Assembly (NCBI GenBank): GCA_002952755.1
Contig: CP025011.1
Coordinates: 1,418,270 to 1,450,269 of the forward strand
Length of the DNA stretch: 32,000 nt
Reading direction: 5' to 3'
Source: Candidatus Saccharimonadota bacterium
GTDB taxonomy: Bacteria; Patescibacteriota; Saccharimonadia; Saccharimonadales; UBA4665
The notes under the pieces were generated by a model, which was not told where the DNA came from, ran no database searches, and saw only the letters and a program-made list of their open reading frames with translations. The translations under genes were made by a program, and so were the position numbers. Below are positions 30,622 to 32,000 of this stretch, one piece after another; the first letter of the stretch is position 1; each line of letters begins with the position of its first letter.

Positions 30622-31680
30622 CTAAGCCAGCAGGATGATATTGGCAGCTTCGGCAAAGTGGTGCACCACGATATCCGCATCGGTGGTCGTGATGAACGTC
30701 TGATAATCACGAACGTGTGCGGTCAGTGCCTGGCGACGTTTTCCGTCAAGCTCGCTGAATACATCATCCAGGAGCAGGAGCGGCTGCTCACCCCGCAACT
30801 CCTCGAGCAACTGCAGCTCGAGCAGCTTCAGCGTCAGCACCAGCGTACGTGTCTCCCCGCGGGAAGCCGCATCACTGGCGGCATGTCCGTCGATATACAC
30901 CCCCATGTCATCGCGGTGCGGGCCATAGGCGGTGAAACCGCGCAACATGTCCTGCTCGACACCCGTTTCGAGCTTGTGCAACAATTGGCTTTCATAATTA
31001 TCTGCTGAAAAGCGGGACGTATATTCGAGCGTGACGTGGTTTGACTGGTGGCTGAGCTCTTCGTATAGGCTACTCATATGCTCACTAAAGCGAGCGATTA
31101 ACTGCTGCCGGCTGCTGGCAATCTGTCCGCCAAGTTCGCTCAAACGTACATTCCACACGAATAATTGATCGTGAATATCGCGCGGCTGTTTTTTGAGCAG
31201 GGTATTACGTTGATACAATACCCGCCGGTAATGGCGCCGGAGCGCACCAAAACGGGGGTTGGTTTGCTCTAACAGATCGTCTAAAAAAGCCCGCCTCAGA
31301 TCGGGAGAACCATGGAGGAGCGATAAATGATTCGGCTCGAACAGCACCACTGGCAATAGCCGACTTGCGGTAAGGCGGCTGAGTAGCTGGCCGTCAATCT
31401 CAAAGCTTTTTAGCCACTTCTCAGCGCTTCCCGGCTGCAGCTTGACTGTACGCTGGCCAGTGAGTGTATCGGCGTCCAGGCGCGACCAGGGAGCGTCAAA
31501 TCGCACCAACTCCATGTCACTGACCCGGTACGAACTCCCGCGGGCTATAACCAGCACGGCTTCAAGTAAATTCGTCTTGCCGCTTGCATTGGGACCCACG
31601 ATGATATTCACGCCGTCCCCAAACTCAAACGAGGCGTCGTCGTACGACCTAAAATGCTGTAACCGAAGATTAGTAATCAT
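30622..31680 (-). CDS. recF: DNA replication and repair protein RecF
   Basis: MITNLRLQHFRSYDDASFEFGDGVNIIVGPNASGKTNLLEAV (Walker A), the signature region SRGETRTLVLTLKL, and Walker B LLLLDDVFSELD. Confidence 0.92.
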   Translation of the reverse strand: MITNLRLQHFRSYDDASFEFGDGVNIIVGPNASGKTNLLEAVLVIARGSSYRVSDMELVRFDAPWSRLDADTLTGQRTVKLQPGSAEKWLKSFEIDGQLLSRLTASRLLPVVLFEPNHLSLLHGSPDLRRAFLDDLLEQTNPRFGALRRHYRRVLYQRNTLLKKQPRDIHDQLFVWNVRLSELGGQIASSRQQLIARFSEHMSSLYEELSHQSNHVTLEYTSRFSADNYESQLLHKLETGVEQDMLRGFTAYGPHRDDMGVYIDGHAASDAASRGETRTLVLTLKLLELQLLEELRGEQPLLLLDDVFSELDGKRRQALTAHVRDYQTFITTTDADIVVHHFAEAANIILLA

Positions 31681-32000
31681 CTGACAGCTATTGTACTGGA
31701 TTCAAATAGATCGTCAGACAACTTTCCTTTGTCATCCGCCCCCATTTCCATCATTCTTCTAAGACTCCCTCTCCTCAATACCACCGCTCCCGCGAATAGC
31801 AATCCTTCTATTGTTACTTTTTTCCCACAAAAAAGGAACCGAAAAACCTCTCGGCCTGGGGAATGAAAAAACTTATTACGGCCGAACTAGTCGAATGTTC
31901 AACCCTACAATTGAAAGTTACTCAGTATTTACTGTACCGGCCACAATTGCTTCTTGTCTTTCCGACGGGGTTCGGGGCCTGGAGTAAAACATTACTCGAA

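Noticed and set aside
31681-32000. The non-coding region upstream of recF considered as a possible oriC/DnaA-box cluster, or the tail of a dnaN gene.
   Set aside because: I found no convincing cluster of TTATCCACA-like boxes. The two minus-strand frames open to the window edge are under 30 codons and show no recognisable DnaN C-terminal sequence. There is not enough evidence to call anything.

Overview
This is a 32 kb, densely coding chromosomal segment that reads cleanly in the standard genetic code. I found no rRNA, CRISPR array, transposase or integrase. The gene content suggests a reduced-genome bacterium, possibly a Patescibacteria/CPR (Saccharibacteria-like) lineage. That suggestion rests on Gram-positive-style PrgI/VirB4/VirB6 genes, tandem T4SS-pilin-type genes, comFC, and very short or overlapping gene junctions, and it is inference only. 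Layout: (i) 1-5.1 kb holds a Fur-family regulator, an unknown protein, a Nudix-like hydrolase, an XRE-HTH::HAD hydrolase fusion, a membrane protein and a 2H/LigT-like phosphoesterase. (ii) 5.2-9.8 kb is an RNA-gene island. It carries tRNA-Arg(GCG), three tRNA-Ser genes (CGA, GCU, UGA), a duplicated ~150-nt structured element of unknown identity, a Phd/VapC toxin-antitoxin cassette bracketed by ~95-bp direct repeats, tRNA-derived fragments, and PH-like and HD-domain genes. (iii) 9.8-11.1 kb holds comFC and hsp20. (iv) 11.4-30.6 kb is the main item, a ~19 kb type IV secretion-like locus in two divergent operons. One operon has five tandem VirB2/TrbC-like pilin paralogs with six pilin domains. 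The other encodes a 1323-aa VirB6-like protein, a 625-aa soluble unknown with its own consensus promoter, a PrgI/VirB3-like protein, a VirB4 that appears split into two translationally coupled ORFs, an 866-aa bitopic protein, an NlpC/P60-type cell-wall hydrolase and small membrane-anchored beta-sandwich proteins. No coupling ATPase or relaxase lies in the window. (v) recF sits at the right edge. All family calls come from motifs read by eye, and no database search was run.
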